Positions 1-9,413 of a stretch of 64,000 nucleotides of DNA are shown here, in pieces. The position numbers and the translations under genes were made by a program. This DNA comes from Prevotella sp. UBA1705 (GTDB lineage Bacteria > Bacteroidota > Bacteroidia > Bacteroidales > Bacteroidaceae), in NCBI GenBank assembly GCA_002317385.1, contig DCJH01000067.1:29727-93726 (forward strand), in the 5' to 3' direction. The notes below the pieces were generated by a model that ran no database searches, had not been told where the DNA came from, and saw only the letters and a list, made by a program, of their open reading frames with translations. How positions within the stretch are numbered: position 1 is the stretch's first letter; each line of letters opens with the position of its first letter.

Positions 1-726
1 GCTGTTAGCCAGCCAGTACATCTCGTCGGTAGATGCTCCCTGTGTGGACCGCTCCGTGGGGTTGCCCCAAGTGGAGAGCGAGAGAGAGTGGTTGCTGCCG
101 ATGAGCTTCTGCACGCCGAAGAAATAAGACAGCGCATTGTAGAATGTGCCGGGCACATAACCCTTGTTGGCCCATCGATAGGTGACGTTGGCCGAGTAGG
201 CCCAGCCCTTGCTGTTCAGGCCACTGTTATAAGTGTACATGCCGCGCAGGGTGTAGTTGCGGTTGGCTGCCGACAGCGTGATGCGGTGACCAGCAGCCAT
301 ACTGGCCGGACGGAAGTTGTAATTGTTGGCTCCGCCCAGTCCGGCGAATGAGAAATTGTTACTTTCAAACGGAAGCGCAGACTCCATATTGCGGGTCTGC
401 TGATTCAGTCCGCCTACCAGTGAGTAGCGGAATTGCCCCGACTCCATGTCGTTAACCGGTGTGCCGTTGATGTAGATGTCGTTGTACTTCTGGTTCAACG
501 CACGGTAACGGAATCTGACTGGAGAGAAGAGGTACCCCACTTCGGAGGCATAGACATTGGTATTAGAATTAACGATGGTCACATTTTGTGACATGTTGTC
601 GTCTTCTCCCAACTGTGCCTCAGTGAAAGTAAAAGCTGCTTCACCTACGTTCGTAGAGTCATTTTGGGCGAAGGTTAGTGGAGCGTAGCCTAAGGCCATC
701 AAGGCCAGGATAAGCTTTTTCTGCAT
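1..726 (-). CDS. TonB-dependent receptor, N-terminal part (runs off the window edge)
   Basis: Not in the ORF track. Read manually from ATG at 726: MQKKLILALMALGYAPLTFAQ (signal peptide), then plug-like RFRYRALNQKYNDIYINGTPVNDMESG and barrel strands; frame open to position 1. Confidence 0.8.
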   Translation of the reverse strand, partial: MQKKLILALMALGYAPLTFAQNDSTNVGEAAFTFTEAQLGEDDNMSQNVTIVNSNTNVYASEVGYLFSPVRFRYRALNQKYNDIYINGTPVNDMESGQFRYSLVGGLNQQTRNMESALPFESNNFSFAGLGGANNYNFRPASMAAGHRITLSAANRNYTLRGMYTYNSGLNSKGWAYSANVTYRWANKGYVPGTFYNALSYFFGVQKLIGSNHSLSLSTWGNPTERSTQGASTDEMYWLANS

Positions 727-870
727 AGTTGAATGATTAAAGATTATTTTAATAAGTGCAAAATAACGAAATTAATTTTAAATAAAAAAACCTTTTTGAT
801 TAAATTTTCGGGAAATATCATGTTTTCTCAGAATTAATTACGAAATTTGCACGGAACAAAACAAAACTCA

Positions 871-1914
871 ATGAAGCAAAAATTAGTATTATTAACTTTC
901 ATGTTAACCTTAGTGCTGGGTACCTCCGCACAGAAAAAATTCTCGGTCTATGCCGTTGGATTCTACAACCAAGAAAACCTTTTTGACACATGCCATGACG
1001 AAGGAAAGAAAGATTACGACTTCCTCCCATCCGGATCCTATCATTGGGACGGATTGAAGTACAGTCACAAGCTGCATAACATGGCCCGTGCGCTGAGCGA
1101 CATGGGTACCTCTACGCTTCCCGGCGTGGGCTGTGCCATCATAGGTTTGGCCGAGGTGGAGAATGCCAAAGTGCTCACCGACCTCACCAATCAGCCCGAG
1201 CTCAAGGCGCGCAACTATCAGTTCTGCCACATCGAAGGCCCCGACAGCCGTGGCATCGACTGCGCCATGCTCTACAATCCCCAGTTCTTCACCGTAGACA
1301 GCGTGAGCCTTGTGCCCTACGTGCCTACCGAGAAGCAGGACAGTGGGTTCAAGACCCGCGGCTTCCTCACCGTGACCGGACAGCTGGCCGGTGAGCCTGT
1401 GGCCGTCATCGTGTGCCACCTGCCGAGCCGTTTCAGCGGTTCCTATTACAGAGAGGTGGGCGCTGCCCAGGTGAAGGTGCTCAAAGATTCGCTCCTGGTC
1501 GCCGATCCCACCCGCAAGATATTCGTCATGGGCGATATGAACGACGACCCGACCAACCGCAGTATGCACGAGGCGCTCGGCGGAAAAGAGGAAATTGCGA
1601 TGGTGGGCGAGAACGATATGTATAACCCCTGGTACAACATCCTGGCCAAGCAGGGCACGGGAACACTGATGTATCAGGGCTCGTGGAACCTGTTCGACCA
1701 GATTCTGCTCACTCCCAACCTGCTCAATCCGAAGGGCTCCAAGGACTATCGCACCTTGAAATACTGGAAAAACGAGATTCAGCGCATGCCCTATCTCTTC
1801 CAGACCGAGGGTGCCTACAAGGGCTCTACCAAGCGCACCACGGCCGGCGGCGTATGGCTCGACGGCTTCTCCGACCACTTGCCCGTGGTGGTCTATCTGG
1901 TGAAGGAGCAGTAG
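871..1914 (+). CDS. Secreted endonuclease/exonuclease/phosphatase (EEP) family protein
   Basis: Signal peptide; motifs FYNQENLFD, LAEVEN, MGDMND, LFDQI, FSDHLPV. ATG 871 preferred over TTG 847. Confidence 0.9.
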   Translation: MKQKLVLLTFMLTLVLGTSAQKKFSVYAVGFYNQENLFDTCHDEGKKDYDFLPSGSYHWDGLKYSHKLHNMARALSDMGTSTLPGVGCAIIGLAEVENAKVLTDLTNQPELKARNYQFCHIEGPDSRGIDCAMLYNPQFFTVDSVSLVPYVPTEKQDSGFKTRGFLTVTGQLAGEPVAVIVCHLPSRFSGSYYREVGAAQVKVLKDSLLVADPTRKIFVMGDMNDDPTNRSMHEALGGKEEIAMVGENDMYNPWYNILAKQGTGTLMYQGSWNLFDQILLTPNLLNPKGSKDYRTLKYWKNEIQRMPYLFQTEGAYKGSTKRTTAGGVWLDGFSDHLPVVVYLVKEQ

Positions 1915-1918
1915 AAAA

Positions 1919-2076
1919 GCCTCTCTCCCTTGCCCCTCCCCCTCAAGGAGGGGCGTAATCATGACCGCAGGGGAGGCCACGGCAGGGGTCATCTCAACTC
2001 AAAGCAATATGGTTTCAACATCAACCAACAAGCATAACACTTCCCTCCCCACGAGAGAGGGGGCAGGGGGAGAGCC
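1919..2076. repeat. GC-rich palindromic miniature element with imperfect terminal inverted repeats
   Basis: Left arm gcctctctcccttgcccctccc pairs with right arm gagggggcagggggagagcc; internal hairpin cccctcc/ggagggg at 1933-1953. Confidence 0.7.
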
Positions 2077-2650
2077 AGAGTCTCACCCCTTCGACCCCTT
2101 TCTCCCTTCCAACGCCAGGCTCCTCATGCTTGGCACTTTCCCTCCAGCGCCCAAGAGATGGTGCATGGAGTGGTATTATCCCAATTTCACCAACGACATG
2201 TGGCGCATCTTCGGCATCTGTTTCTTTGCCGACAAGATGCGCTTTGTCGATGCTGCCAACAAGACCTATCGCCTGGACGACATCCAGCAGTTCATGCGGG
2301 AGCGCGGCGTGGGCATCTTCGACACCTGCCAGCGCATACGCCGCACCACCGGCACCGCCTCCGACAAAGACCTTGAGGTCATAGAGGAGGCCGACCTCGA
2401 CGGCATGCTCCGCGCCATGCCCGAGTGCCGGGCGGTGATAGCCGCAGGCCAATTGGCCACCGACATCTTCACCCGTCACTATGGCATCGACGCCTCCCAC
2501 ATGAAGATGGGCGAGCATGTGGACTTCTCGTTCGAGGGCCGCACGGTGAGCCTCTACCGCGAGCCGAGCTCCTCCAGGGCCTATCCCATGAAGGTAGAGC
2601 AGAAAGCTGAGTACTACGCCCGTATGTTCCGCGACATCGGTCTGCTCTGA
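1961..2650 (+). CDS. Uracil-DNA glycosylase-like (UDG/MUG superfamily) protein
   Basis: HPFDPFLP..LLMLGTFPP..WYYPNFTNDMW, ASDKDL, PSSSRAY motifs. Start uncertain (1961 or 2009). Confidence 0.8.
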   Translation: MTAGEATAGVISTQSNMVSTSTNKHNTSLPTREGAGGEPESHPFDPFLPSNARLLMLGTFPPAPKRWCMEWYYPNFTNDMWRIFGICFFADKMRFVDAANKTYRLDDIQQFMRERGVGIFDTCQRIRRTTGTASDKDLEVIEEADLDGMLRAMPECRAVIAAGQLATDIFTRHYGIDASHMKMGEHVDFSFEGRTVSLYREPSSSRAYPMKVEQKAEYYARMFRDIGLL

Positions 2651-2727
2651 GCGCCGGCTCATTTCTCACCATTCCATTTTCTAATCCCGTATTATCCTAT
2701 TCCCTCCTATAACCCCATTCAACCCTT

Positions 2728-3354
2728 ATGGAAGACAAAATCACCATCATAGGCATAGCCGGCGGCACCGGATCGGGCAAGACCACCGTAGTGAAGAAGA
2801 TTGTTCAGGCCCTGCCGCCCCACCATGTGGCCGTGGTTCCGCTCGACTCTTACTACAACGACACCACCGACCTCACCGACGAGGAGCGCAAGGCCATCAA
2901 CTTTGACCACCCCGACGCCTTCGACTGGAAGTTGCTCATCAAGCAGGTGAACGACCTGCGCAACGGGCGTGCCATAGAGCAACCCACCTACAGCTACCTG
3001 CTCTCCAACCGATTGCAGGAGACCGTGCACGTGGAGCCCAAGCCTGTTATCATCATCGAGGGCATCATGACACTGAGCAACAAGAAGCTGCGCGACATGA
3101 TGGACCTTAAGATTTTCGTAGACGCCGACCCCGACGAGCGGCTCATCCGCAACATCCAGCGCGACACCATCGACCGCGGGCGCACCGTCTCCATGGTGGT
3201 AGACCGTTATCTCAAGGTGCTCAAGCCCATGCACGAGCAGTTTATCGAGCCCACCAAGCGCTACGCCGATCTTATCATTCCGCAGGGCGGCGAGAACCTC
3301 AAAGGCATCGGAATCCTCTGCAAATACATCGAGGGACTGGTGCCCAACGTATAG
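2728..3354 (+). CDS. udk: Uridine kinase
   Basis: GIAGGTGSGKTT P-loop, DSYY, NFDHPDAFD, IIEGI, RDTIDRGR, HEQFIEPTKRYADLIIP. Confidence 0.95.
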   Translation: MEDKITIIGIAGGTGSGKTTVVKKIVQALPPHHVAVVPLDSYYNDTTDLTDEERKAINFDHPDAFDWKLLIKQVNDLRNGRAIEQPTYSYLLSNRLQETVHVEPKPVIIIEGIMTLSNKKLRDMMDLKIFVDADPDERLIRNIQRDTIDRGRTVSMVVDRYLKVLKPMHEQFIEPTKRYADLIIPQGGENLKGIGILCKYIEGLVPNV

Positions 3355-3522
3355 TTGCGATGGGCGCAACGCCCCGATGGTTGTCAGGATGTTTCATGGT
3401 TTTTAGAAATCCAGCGAGCCATTGTCCGACGTTGTGGATGCCTTCAAAGGGGCGTCGCGGCTCGTTGGGAGGAGAAGAAAAAGGAAGTCTTTAGCTCCAT
3501 TACCCCTTTTTGAAGTATAACG

Positions 3523-3555
3523 AAGGCTCTGCCAACCTCTGGCAGGGCCTTTTGG
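3523..3555 (+). terminator. Intrinsic terminator downstream of udk
   Basis: aaggctctgcca-acctc-tggcagggcctt followed by a short T run. Confidence 0.55.
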
Positions 3556-3584
3556 TGTGGGTCTCTGGTAGGTATGGACGTTGC

Positions 3585-3711
3585 CTTTGCTACCTTATCG
3601 CCTCACGATAGCTACCTAATGGCATGACGATTACTACCTATTGGCATTGCCGTTGCGGCTTAGAGGCAGCGTGAAAACGCATAGGCGTTTGTAAGACGTT
3701 GGTTTTCAGCC
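3585..3711. repeat. 22-bp-period intergenic element, copy A
   Basis: tacc cores at 3591, 3613, 3635; shares catgacgattactacct with copy C; side box taagacgttggtt near 3692. Confidence 0.7.
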
Positions 3712-3858
3712 TTCTGTAAAAAGACTTGATTTTGTCGTTTTTTCCTATCCATGGGGCTATGTGGAGGGTTTGCGGGCATTCTGAGAGAGGCTGCTCAACA
3801 TTTTTCATCGGTATTTTCCGGCATGAGACTCCGCCTCCCTACTCCTTGAACACAGCGA

Positions 3859-3900
3859 GGCGGCATGTCTCCGCAGATAGCTACGGGAACATGCCGCCTG
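3859..3900 (-). terminator. Hairpin after the DUF308-like gene
   Basis: aggcggcatgt ... acatgccgcct inverted repeat about 25 bp past the stop; no clear U-tract. Confidence 0.45.
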
Positions 3901-3924
3901 GTGTGAGAGGTGGGGAAGCGAGTG

Positions 3925-4620
3925 TCAGTCTATGCCGTCGCCCTTGAGTTCCTCGATGTCGGGCGTCTCTGCAGGCTCAGGTTTTTCCTCGATCTGCGCC
4001 TGCGGGGCAGGCTGCTCGGCAGGCTGGACCACCGGTGGGTGGGCCTTCTCGTAGGCTTTACGGCAGCGATACACCTTGATGGCATTGATAAGATCGACCA
4101 CACCATAGACCATCATACACCATCCGATGACAAACAGTGGGGCCGCAGCGATGAGCGCTGGCTTGATGATGGCAATGAGACCAATGAGCAGAATGATGGT
4201 GGGGAAGAGCCACCAGAAGAAGCCTATGCGCGCATACTTGGTGGCTGAAGCCAGATTGAAAAACTGGTTGAGCGCCCCGAGAATGAGGATGGCGGCCAGG
4301 ATATACATCAGTCCGTTGACAAACATGTTGGGCGCCAGGGCCAGCAGGGCGCCGAGCACGATGCTTCCGATGCCCACGATGGGGAATGCCGGAGTGGCAG
4401 GAGCGATGGGGTTGCCCTGCGCGTCGAATACCTGCGTGGTGTCGTCACGGCGCTTGGCCGAGAAGTAGGCCATGCAGCTGATGAGCCCCGAGATGAGGAA
4501 GAGCACGCCGATGGCAATGGTGATGCCTGTGACGGTCTCCTCACGATACTTGATGAGCAGTGCGCCGACGGCTATGGCACATATCGCACGGAATACGCTG
4601 CTTTGGAAAACTTTCATCAT
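3925..4620 (-). CDS. HdeD/DUF308-like integral membrane protein
   Basis: About 6 hydrophobic helices with a repeated GxLxIxxGL pattern; acidic Pro-rich tail; TAACTTTG box at 4659-4666. Confidence 0.75.
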   Translation of the reverse strand: MMKVFQSSVFRAICAIAVGALLIKYREETVTGITIAIGVLFLISGLISCMAYFSAKRRDDTTQVFDAQGNPIAPATPAFPIVGIGSIVLGALLALAPNMFVNGLMYILAAILILGALNQFFNLASATKYARIGFFWWLFPTIILLIGLIAIIKPALIAAAPLFVIGWCMMVYGVVDLINAIKVYRCRKAYEKAHPPVVQPAEQPAPQAQIEEKPEPAETPDIEELKGDGID

Positions 4621-4749
4621 GTAATTATGTTTTTATAAGAGTTTCAACGTTGTTTTTGCAAAGTTAATTTAACTTTTCGGAAAAAGCAAGGCTCAGCTCA
4701 CAATTAATTTGTAATTTTACGCCCTGATTATCAAGAATCAATCGCAAGG

Positions 4750-5256
4750 ATGACAACATTGTATTTGGTGCGCCATGGGGAGACTGTGGCCAACAAGGCG
4801 CAGATATTGCAGGGCCAGACCCAAGGTGAACTCAACGACGAAGGGCGCGCGCAGGCGCGGGTGCTCTGTGAGAAGATGAGGCACGAACAGATAGACGTGT
4901 TTGTGTCGAGCGACCTTTTCCGGTCGGTGGAGACCTGCGAGATCATTGCCGAGCCCCATGGCAAGCCTGTGGTGCAGACCCCGCTGCTGCGCGAGCGAGA
5001 CTGGGGAGGATTCACCGGGAAGTTTATTCCCGACCTCAAGGATATGGTGTGGCCCGACGATATCGAGTCGCTGGAAGCCATGCAGAGTCGTGCCCGCAAC
5101 TTCATCACATGGCTCAAGGTGACTTATCCCGACCAGACGGTGCTGGCTGTGGGCCATGGCATCATCAACAAAGCCATCCAGAGTGTCTATTTCCACAAGG
5201 CCATGAATGAACTCCATCCCATGACCAATGCCGAGGTGAGGGTGCTGATGCTGTGA
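4750..5256 (+). CDS. Histidine phosphatase (phosphoglycerate mutase-like) family protein
   Basis: LYLVRHGET, SSDLxR, LRERDWG, VGHG. Confidence 0.9.
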   Translation: MTTLYLVRHGETVANKAQILQGQTQGELNDEGRAQARVLCEKMRHEQIDVFVSSDLFRSVETCEIIAEPHGKPVVQTPLLRERDWGGFTGKFIPDLKDMVWPDDIESLEAMQSRARNFITWLKVTYPDQTVLAVGHGIINKAIQSVYFHKAMNELHPMTNAEVRVLML

Positions 5257-5294
5257 TAATGCATAATTGGATTCACCAGCGAGTCTGTATTTAG

Positions 5295-5365
5295 CATCTT
5301 ACATTCCACATTCGTCACTTGTCATTCTCTCATTCGTCATTCCACATTCAGCACTCGTCATTTAA
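5295..5365 (+). repeat. Degenerate heptamer tandem repeat (CATTCGT-like, about 10 units)
   Basis: catctta cattcca cattcgt cacttgt cattctct cattcgt cattcca cattcag cactcgt catttaa. Confidence 0.75.
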
Positions 5366-5366
5366 T

Positions 5367-5404
5367 AAAAATGGCCGCATGGATTGCTCCACGCGGCCTT
5401 TATT
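5367..5404. terminator. Probable bidirectional terminator between convergent genes
   Basis: aaaat-ggccgcatgga-ttgc-tccacgcggcc-tttatt. Confidence 0.65.
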
Positions 5405-5525
5405 AATAACTCTCTAATTTGTTATCCTTAAGTCTAATCTTCTACCCGTCAGTTAATTTTCGCAGTTTGTGTTTCCGATTATCGTCTATTGTTTGTGTAC
5501 ATGAAAACATGTCAGAATTGTTGTC

Positions 5526-6614
5526 TTATCTTCCTCTGCCAAAGTGACCACCGCCAGAGTTTCCGTTGGAACGGCCAGAGTTTCCACCGCCGAAGCTGCG
5601 AGAAGGAGCGGAGTTGCCACCGAAGCTACCGCTTGAGCGGGTAGGGGCACTCATGGAGCGGCTCTGTGACGGGGCATTGAAGCCACCGAAACTGCGAGAG
5701 CTGCTGCTGTTGGGGGTGAAGGTGCGGCGAGGAGCGTCCGTAGAAGAGGAACCGCCGAAAGAGCGGTTGTAGTTCGGGCGGGTCACCGTGGCACGAGTGC
5801 TGCTCTGGGGCATGTCGTTGCCAAAGGAGCGTGTGCGGCTCTGCTGCATGTCACCACCGAAGGAGCGAGTGCGGCTCTGCATGCCATCGTTGCCGAAGGA
5901 GCGTGTGCGGTTCTGTTGCATATTGCCACCGAAGGAACGAGTGCGGCTCTGCTGCATATCACCACCGAACGAACGTGTGCGGTTCTGAGTAGACTGGCCA
6001 CCGAAAGAGCGTGTGCGGTTCTGCTGCATGTCGAAGCGAGTGCCGTTGCCGAAGCTACGGTTGCCACGAGAACTGTAGGTGGTGCCACGACCGTAGTCGC
6101 CGCGGTCGAATCCGTCGCGCATGCCTCTGTAGCTGCCGCCACGGTAAGAGCCATAGGTGCGACCGTTGTACCAGCTGCGTCCGCCGTTCACTCTCCAGCT
6201 GTGGCCTCCACGATAGCTCACGTAGAAGGTAGGACGACCGAAGAAGTAATAGTCGCGATGCGGATAGCGTGCATAGATGCCGAAGTGCCAGTAGCCAGCG
6301 TCCCAGTAGAGTGGACGATAGAAATAGCTGGCGTTCAGATAGGTGCGATACTGCCAATCGAGCAGGATGTAGCTCAGATCGAGATTGCGCTGTGTCCAGT
6401 AGGCGCCATAAAGGTCGTCGTAGCTGTTCACGCCCATCAGATAGTCGAGGTTTATCTCGTAAGCGGCCTCATATTGGTCGTCGGTCAGATTGAGCTCGTA
6501 TGCCATCTTGTCGGTGAGAAACAGAGCCTGCTGGCGAGCCTGCTCATAACTCATTGCTGATGCTTGGATTGCTACTGTGAGCAATGCTACAAGTGCTAAT
6601 ACTAACTTCTTCAT
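5526..6614 (-). CDS. Exported hypothetical protein with aromatic-rich N-domain and R/S/G-rich repetitive tail
   Basis: Signal peptide MKKLVLALVALLTVAIQASA; TACCTTTG box at 6675-6682; low-complexity C-terminus. Confidence 0.8.
   Translation of the reverse strand: MKKLVLALVALLTVAIQASAMSYEQARQQALFLTDKMAYELNLTDDQYEAAYEINLDYLMGVNSYDDLYGAYWTQRNLDLSYILLDWQYRTYLNASYFYRPLYWDAGYWHFGIYARYPHRDYYFFGRPTFYVSYRGGHSWRVNGGRSWYNGRTYGSYRGGSYRGMRDGFDRGDYGRGTTYSSRGNRSFGNGTRFDMQQNRTRSFGGQSTQNRTRSFGGDMQQSRTRSFGGNMQQNRTRSFGNDGMQSRTRSFGGDMQQSRTRSFGNDMPQSSTRATVTRPNYNRSFGGSSSTDAPRRTFTPNSSSSRSFGGFNAPSQSRSMSAPTRSSGSFGGNSAPSRSFGGGNSGRSNGNSGGGHFGRGR
5803..6018 (-). repeat. Coding tandem repeat, 6 x 36 bp (RTRSFGxxxxQx)
   Basis: gtgcgg recurs at 5833, 5869, 5905, 5941, 5977, 6013 (exact 36-bp period). 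Confidence 0.9.
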
Positions 6615-6765
6615 ATCCTTATGTATTTAAATGTTCGTTGTCTGTGGTGGAAGTAATTCCTTTTCTTCACATTGCAAAGGTATGTAGAAAATAGACTGCG
6701 GCGAAAGGTTTTTCCCTACATGGGTGGGGGAAAATCCCTAAAAAGTATTATCTTTGTGACGGATA

Positions 6766-8352
6766 ATGATAAAAAAGACCATGAATCGTTTACCCATATT
6801 GATCGCTTCGCTGGTGGTTCCCGCCGTGGCCTGTGCCCAGTATGCCTGGCAGGAGGGGGCTGAGGCCGGCAGGCTCGACCTCGGGCACGACATCAACTAT
6901 AAGGTGGAACTGCAGGGCTCGCTGTCGGATGGAGACACGCCGCTGTGGCTCAACGCCAACAAGCATGGGCTGTCTTCGCTCGAAGGCAGCAACGGATACC
7001 TGCGTGGCCAGCTCATCCGCCCGCTCGACAACGACTCTTCGCGCCGCTGGGGACTGGGCTATGGGGCCGACGTGGCCCTCCCGGTGAACTATACGAGCAA
7101 GGCGGTGGTGCAGCAGGCCTTTGTGGAGGCGCGCTGGCTGCATGGTGTGCTGAGTGTCGGGGCTAAGGAATATCCCATGGAACTGAAGAACAACAGGCTC
7201 AGCAGCGGTTCCCAGACGTTGGGCATCAATGCCCGTCCGGTGCCCCAGGTGAGGCTGGCACTGCCTCGCTATTGGACCATTCCTATCCTCGGCCGATGGC
7301 TGAGCATCAAGGGACATGTGGCCTACGGACGCATGACCGACGACAACTGGCAGCGCGATTTCACGCGCGAGGCCTCCAAATATACCGAAGGCGTGCTCTA
7401 TCACAGCAAGGCCGGCTATCTGAAAATTGGCAGCGAAGACCGGTTTGTGCCGTGGTCGCTGGAACTGGGCATGGAGACAGCTACGCTTTTCGGCGGCAAG
7501 AGCCATAGTATCGATGCCGATGGAAACAGAGTGACCACCAACAATGGCACCGGACTGAAGAGCTATCTCAAGGCCCTTGTGCCCGGCGGAAGCGATGCTC
7601 CCGAGGCGGGTACGGTGTATCAGAACGAGGAGGGCGATATTCTCGGCAGTTGGTTGTTGCGGCTGAACTACGACACCGACAGCTGGCGAGTGAGTGTCTA
7701 TGCCGACAAGTATTTTGAAGACCACTCCTCCATGCTGATGCTCGACTACGACGGCTACGGGCAGGGCGACGAGTGGAACGTGAAAAAGAAGACCCGTTTC
7801 TTCCTCTACGACTTCAAAGACTGCATGCTTGGGGCTGAGTTCAACCTGAAATATGGCCATTGGCTGCGCAATGTGGTGGTGGAATATCTCTATACCAAAT
7901 ACCAGAGCGGCCCCATCTACCATGACCATTCGGCGGGCCGAACCGACCATGTGGCCGGGCGAGACGACTATTACAACCACTACATCTTTGCGGGATGGCA
8001 GCATTGGGGACAGGCCATGGGCAATCCGCTCTACCGTTCACCTATATATAATAGCAACGGACAGATCAGGTTCGACGACAACCGTTTTGTGGCTTGGCAC
8101 CTCGGTTTCGACGGTCAGCCCACCGACCGATGGAGCTATCGGGTGCTGGCCACGTGGCAGAAAGGGCTCGGCTCCTATGCCATTCCCTATGCCAAGGCAG
8201 AGACAAACACCAGTTTTCTGGTTGAGACAGCCTACCAGCTGCCGCATCAGTGGAAGGTGCAGGGCGCGCTTGGAATGGATTTCGGGCGTATCCTGGGCAA
8301 CAATACCGGATTCCAACTCACCATTTCTAAATCAGGAATATTCAGTCTATGA
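6766..8352 (+). CDS. Capsule assembly Wzi family outer-membrane protein
   Basis: TPLWLNANKHGLSS, SSGS..NARPVPQVR, LYHSK, DYYNHYIF.GWQHWG..MGNPL motifs; beside the polysaccharide locus; TATCTTTG at 6749-6756. Confidence 0.8.
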   Translation: MIKKTMNRLPILIASLVVPAVACAQYAWQEGAEAGRLDLGHDINYKVELQGSLSDGDTPLWLNANKHGLSSLEGSNGYLRGQLIRPLDNDSSRRWGLGYGADVALPVNYTSKAVVQQAFVEARWLHGVLSVGAKEYPMELKNNRLSSGSQTLGINARPVPQVRLALPRYWTIPILGRWLSIKGHVAYGRMTDDNWQRDFTREASKYTEGVLYHSKAGYLKIGSEDRFVPWSLELGMETATLFGGKSHSIDADGNRVTTNNGTGLKSYLKALVPGGSDAPEAGTVYQNEEGDILGSWLLRLNYDTDSWRVSVYADKYFEDHSSMLMLDYDGYGQGDEWNVKKKTRFFLYDFKDCMLGAEFNLKYGHWLRNVVVEYLYTKYQSGPIYHDHSAGRTDHVAGRDDYYNHYIFAGWQHWGQAMGNPLYRSPIYNSNGQIRFDDNRFVAWHLGFDGQPTDRWSYRVLATWQKGLGSYAIPYAKAETNTSFLVETAYQLPHQWKVQGALGMDFGRILGNNTGFQLTISKSGIFSL

Positions 8353-8792
8353 AAAGATTCATGATAGCTTTCGTCCTCGGGTTGACCCTTCTCTCGGTCT
8401 GCTCGTGTGGCGATTTGATAGAGACATCGGGCAATGGGAAACTCGATGGCAACTGGCATCTCACCGCCATCGACACCCTCTCTACAGGCCAGAGCACGGA
8501 TGTCTCGGCCGACAGGAAGTTTCTTGCCGTGCAGGGAACGATGCTTGTGCTGAATGATGCCGATGAGGCCCCACAGTATATGTTCCGTTTCAGTTTCTCG
8601 GGCGGTCAGCTCACGCTGAGCGACGCCCGGTTCAACGACCGCACGCTGGGCGACCCGGAGGTGACCGATGTGGCACCCTTGCAGCCCTACGGGGTGAACA
8701 GCCTTATGGAATCGTTTGCCGTGGAGTTTCCCACGAGTGGGCGGATGGTGCTCACCAGCAGTCTGCTGAGGCTGACATTCCAGAAGTTTTAG
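8349..8792 (+). CDS. Lipocalin-like domain lipoprotein
   Basis: Lipobox (VCSC), NGKLDGNWHL, C-terminal LTFQKF; ATGA overlap with the Wzi gene. Confidence 0.7.
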   Translation: MKRFMIAFVLGLTLLSVCSCGDLIETSGNGKLDGNWHLTAIDTLSTGQSTDVSADRKFLAVQGTMLVLNDADEAPQYMFRFSFSGGQLTLSDARFNDRTLGDPEVTDVAPLQPYGVNSLMESFAVEFPTSGRMVLTSSLLRLTFQKF

Positions 8793-8802
8793 TCTGCCAA
8801 TA

Positions 8803-8834
8803 GTAAAGCCCGGAAGCAACATTTCCGGGCTTTA
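8803..8834. terminator. Bidirectional terminator
   Basis: taaagcccggaa-gcaacat-ttccgggcttta between convergent stops. Confidence 0.8.
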
Positions 8835-8837
8835 TCA

Positions 8838-9413
8838 TTAGAATTTCTTGCCAAATATTATGTTGACAAATGTCTTGACGAGTATCTTGAAGTCGAACCA
8901 CCAAGACCGATGCTCCAGATAATAGAGGTCGAGCTCCAACCGTCGTAGCATCTTGTCCATCGTATCGGTATAGCCATTGTACAATGTGGCATAGGATGTG
9001 ACACCCGGCCGTATCTGGTAAAGAAACGGGTATCTGGGGTCGTGCTTGATAATCTGGTCGATATAATACTTCCGTTCCGGTCTCGGTCCGATGAATGCCA
9101 TGTCTCCTTTCATCACATTCCATAGCTGTGGCAGCTCATCCAGATGGTGGTCACGCAGGAAGCGGCCCACCCGTGTGAGCCGTGCGTCGCCTTCAACCTC
9201 CAGCAATTGGGGCTCTCCTTTGTCCTCTGCATCCACCCTCATGCTCCTGAACTTATAGATGTTGAACGGTTTCCCATACCGCCCAATCCGCTCCTGACTA
9301 TAAATGACGGGCATCCCGTCTTCCAGCCTAATGGCCAAGGCGCAGATGGCCAGTAATGGCGAGAAGATGATGAGGCAAAACGCAGCAAGAATAAAATCTA
9401 AAAATCTTTTCAT
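8838..9413 (-). CDS. Small phosphoglycosyl transferase (bacterial sugar transferase)
   Basis: KRFLD, YKFRSM, LDELPQLWNV.KGDM, GPRPE, RPGVT, DLYY. Confidence 0.92.
   Translation of the reverse strand: MKRFLDFILAAFCLIIFSPLLAICALAIRLEDGMPVIYSQERIGRYGKPFNIYKFRSMRVDAEDKGEPQLLEVEGDARLTRVGRFLRDHHLDELPQLWNVMKGDMAFIGPRPERKYYIDQIIKHDPRYPFLYQIRPGVTSYATLYNGYTDTMDKMLRRLELDLYYLEHRSWWFDFKILVKTFVNIIFGKKF

Noticed and set aside
5803-6018. 36-bp periodicity as a CRISPR array
   Set aside because: Units are contiguous without unique spacers, stay in frame within a CDS, and no cas genes are present.
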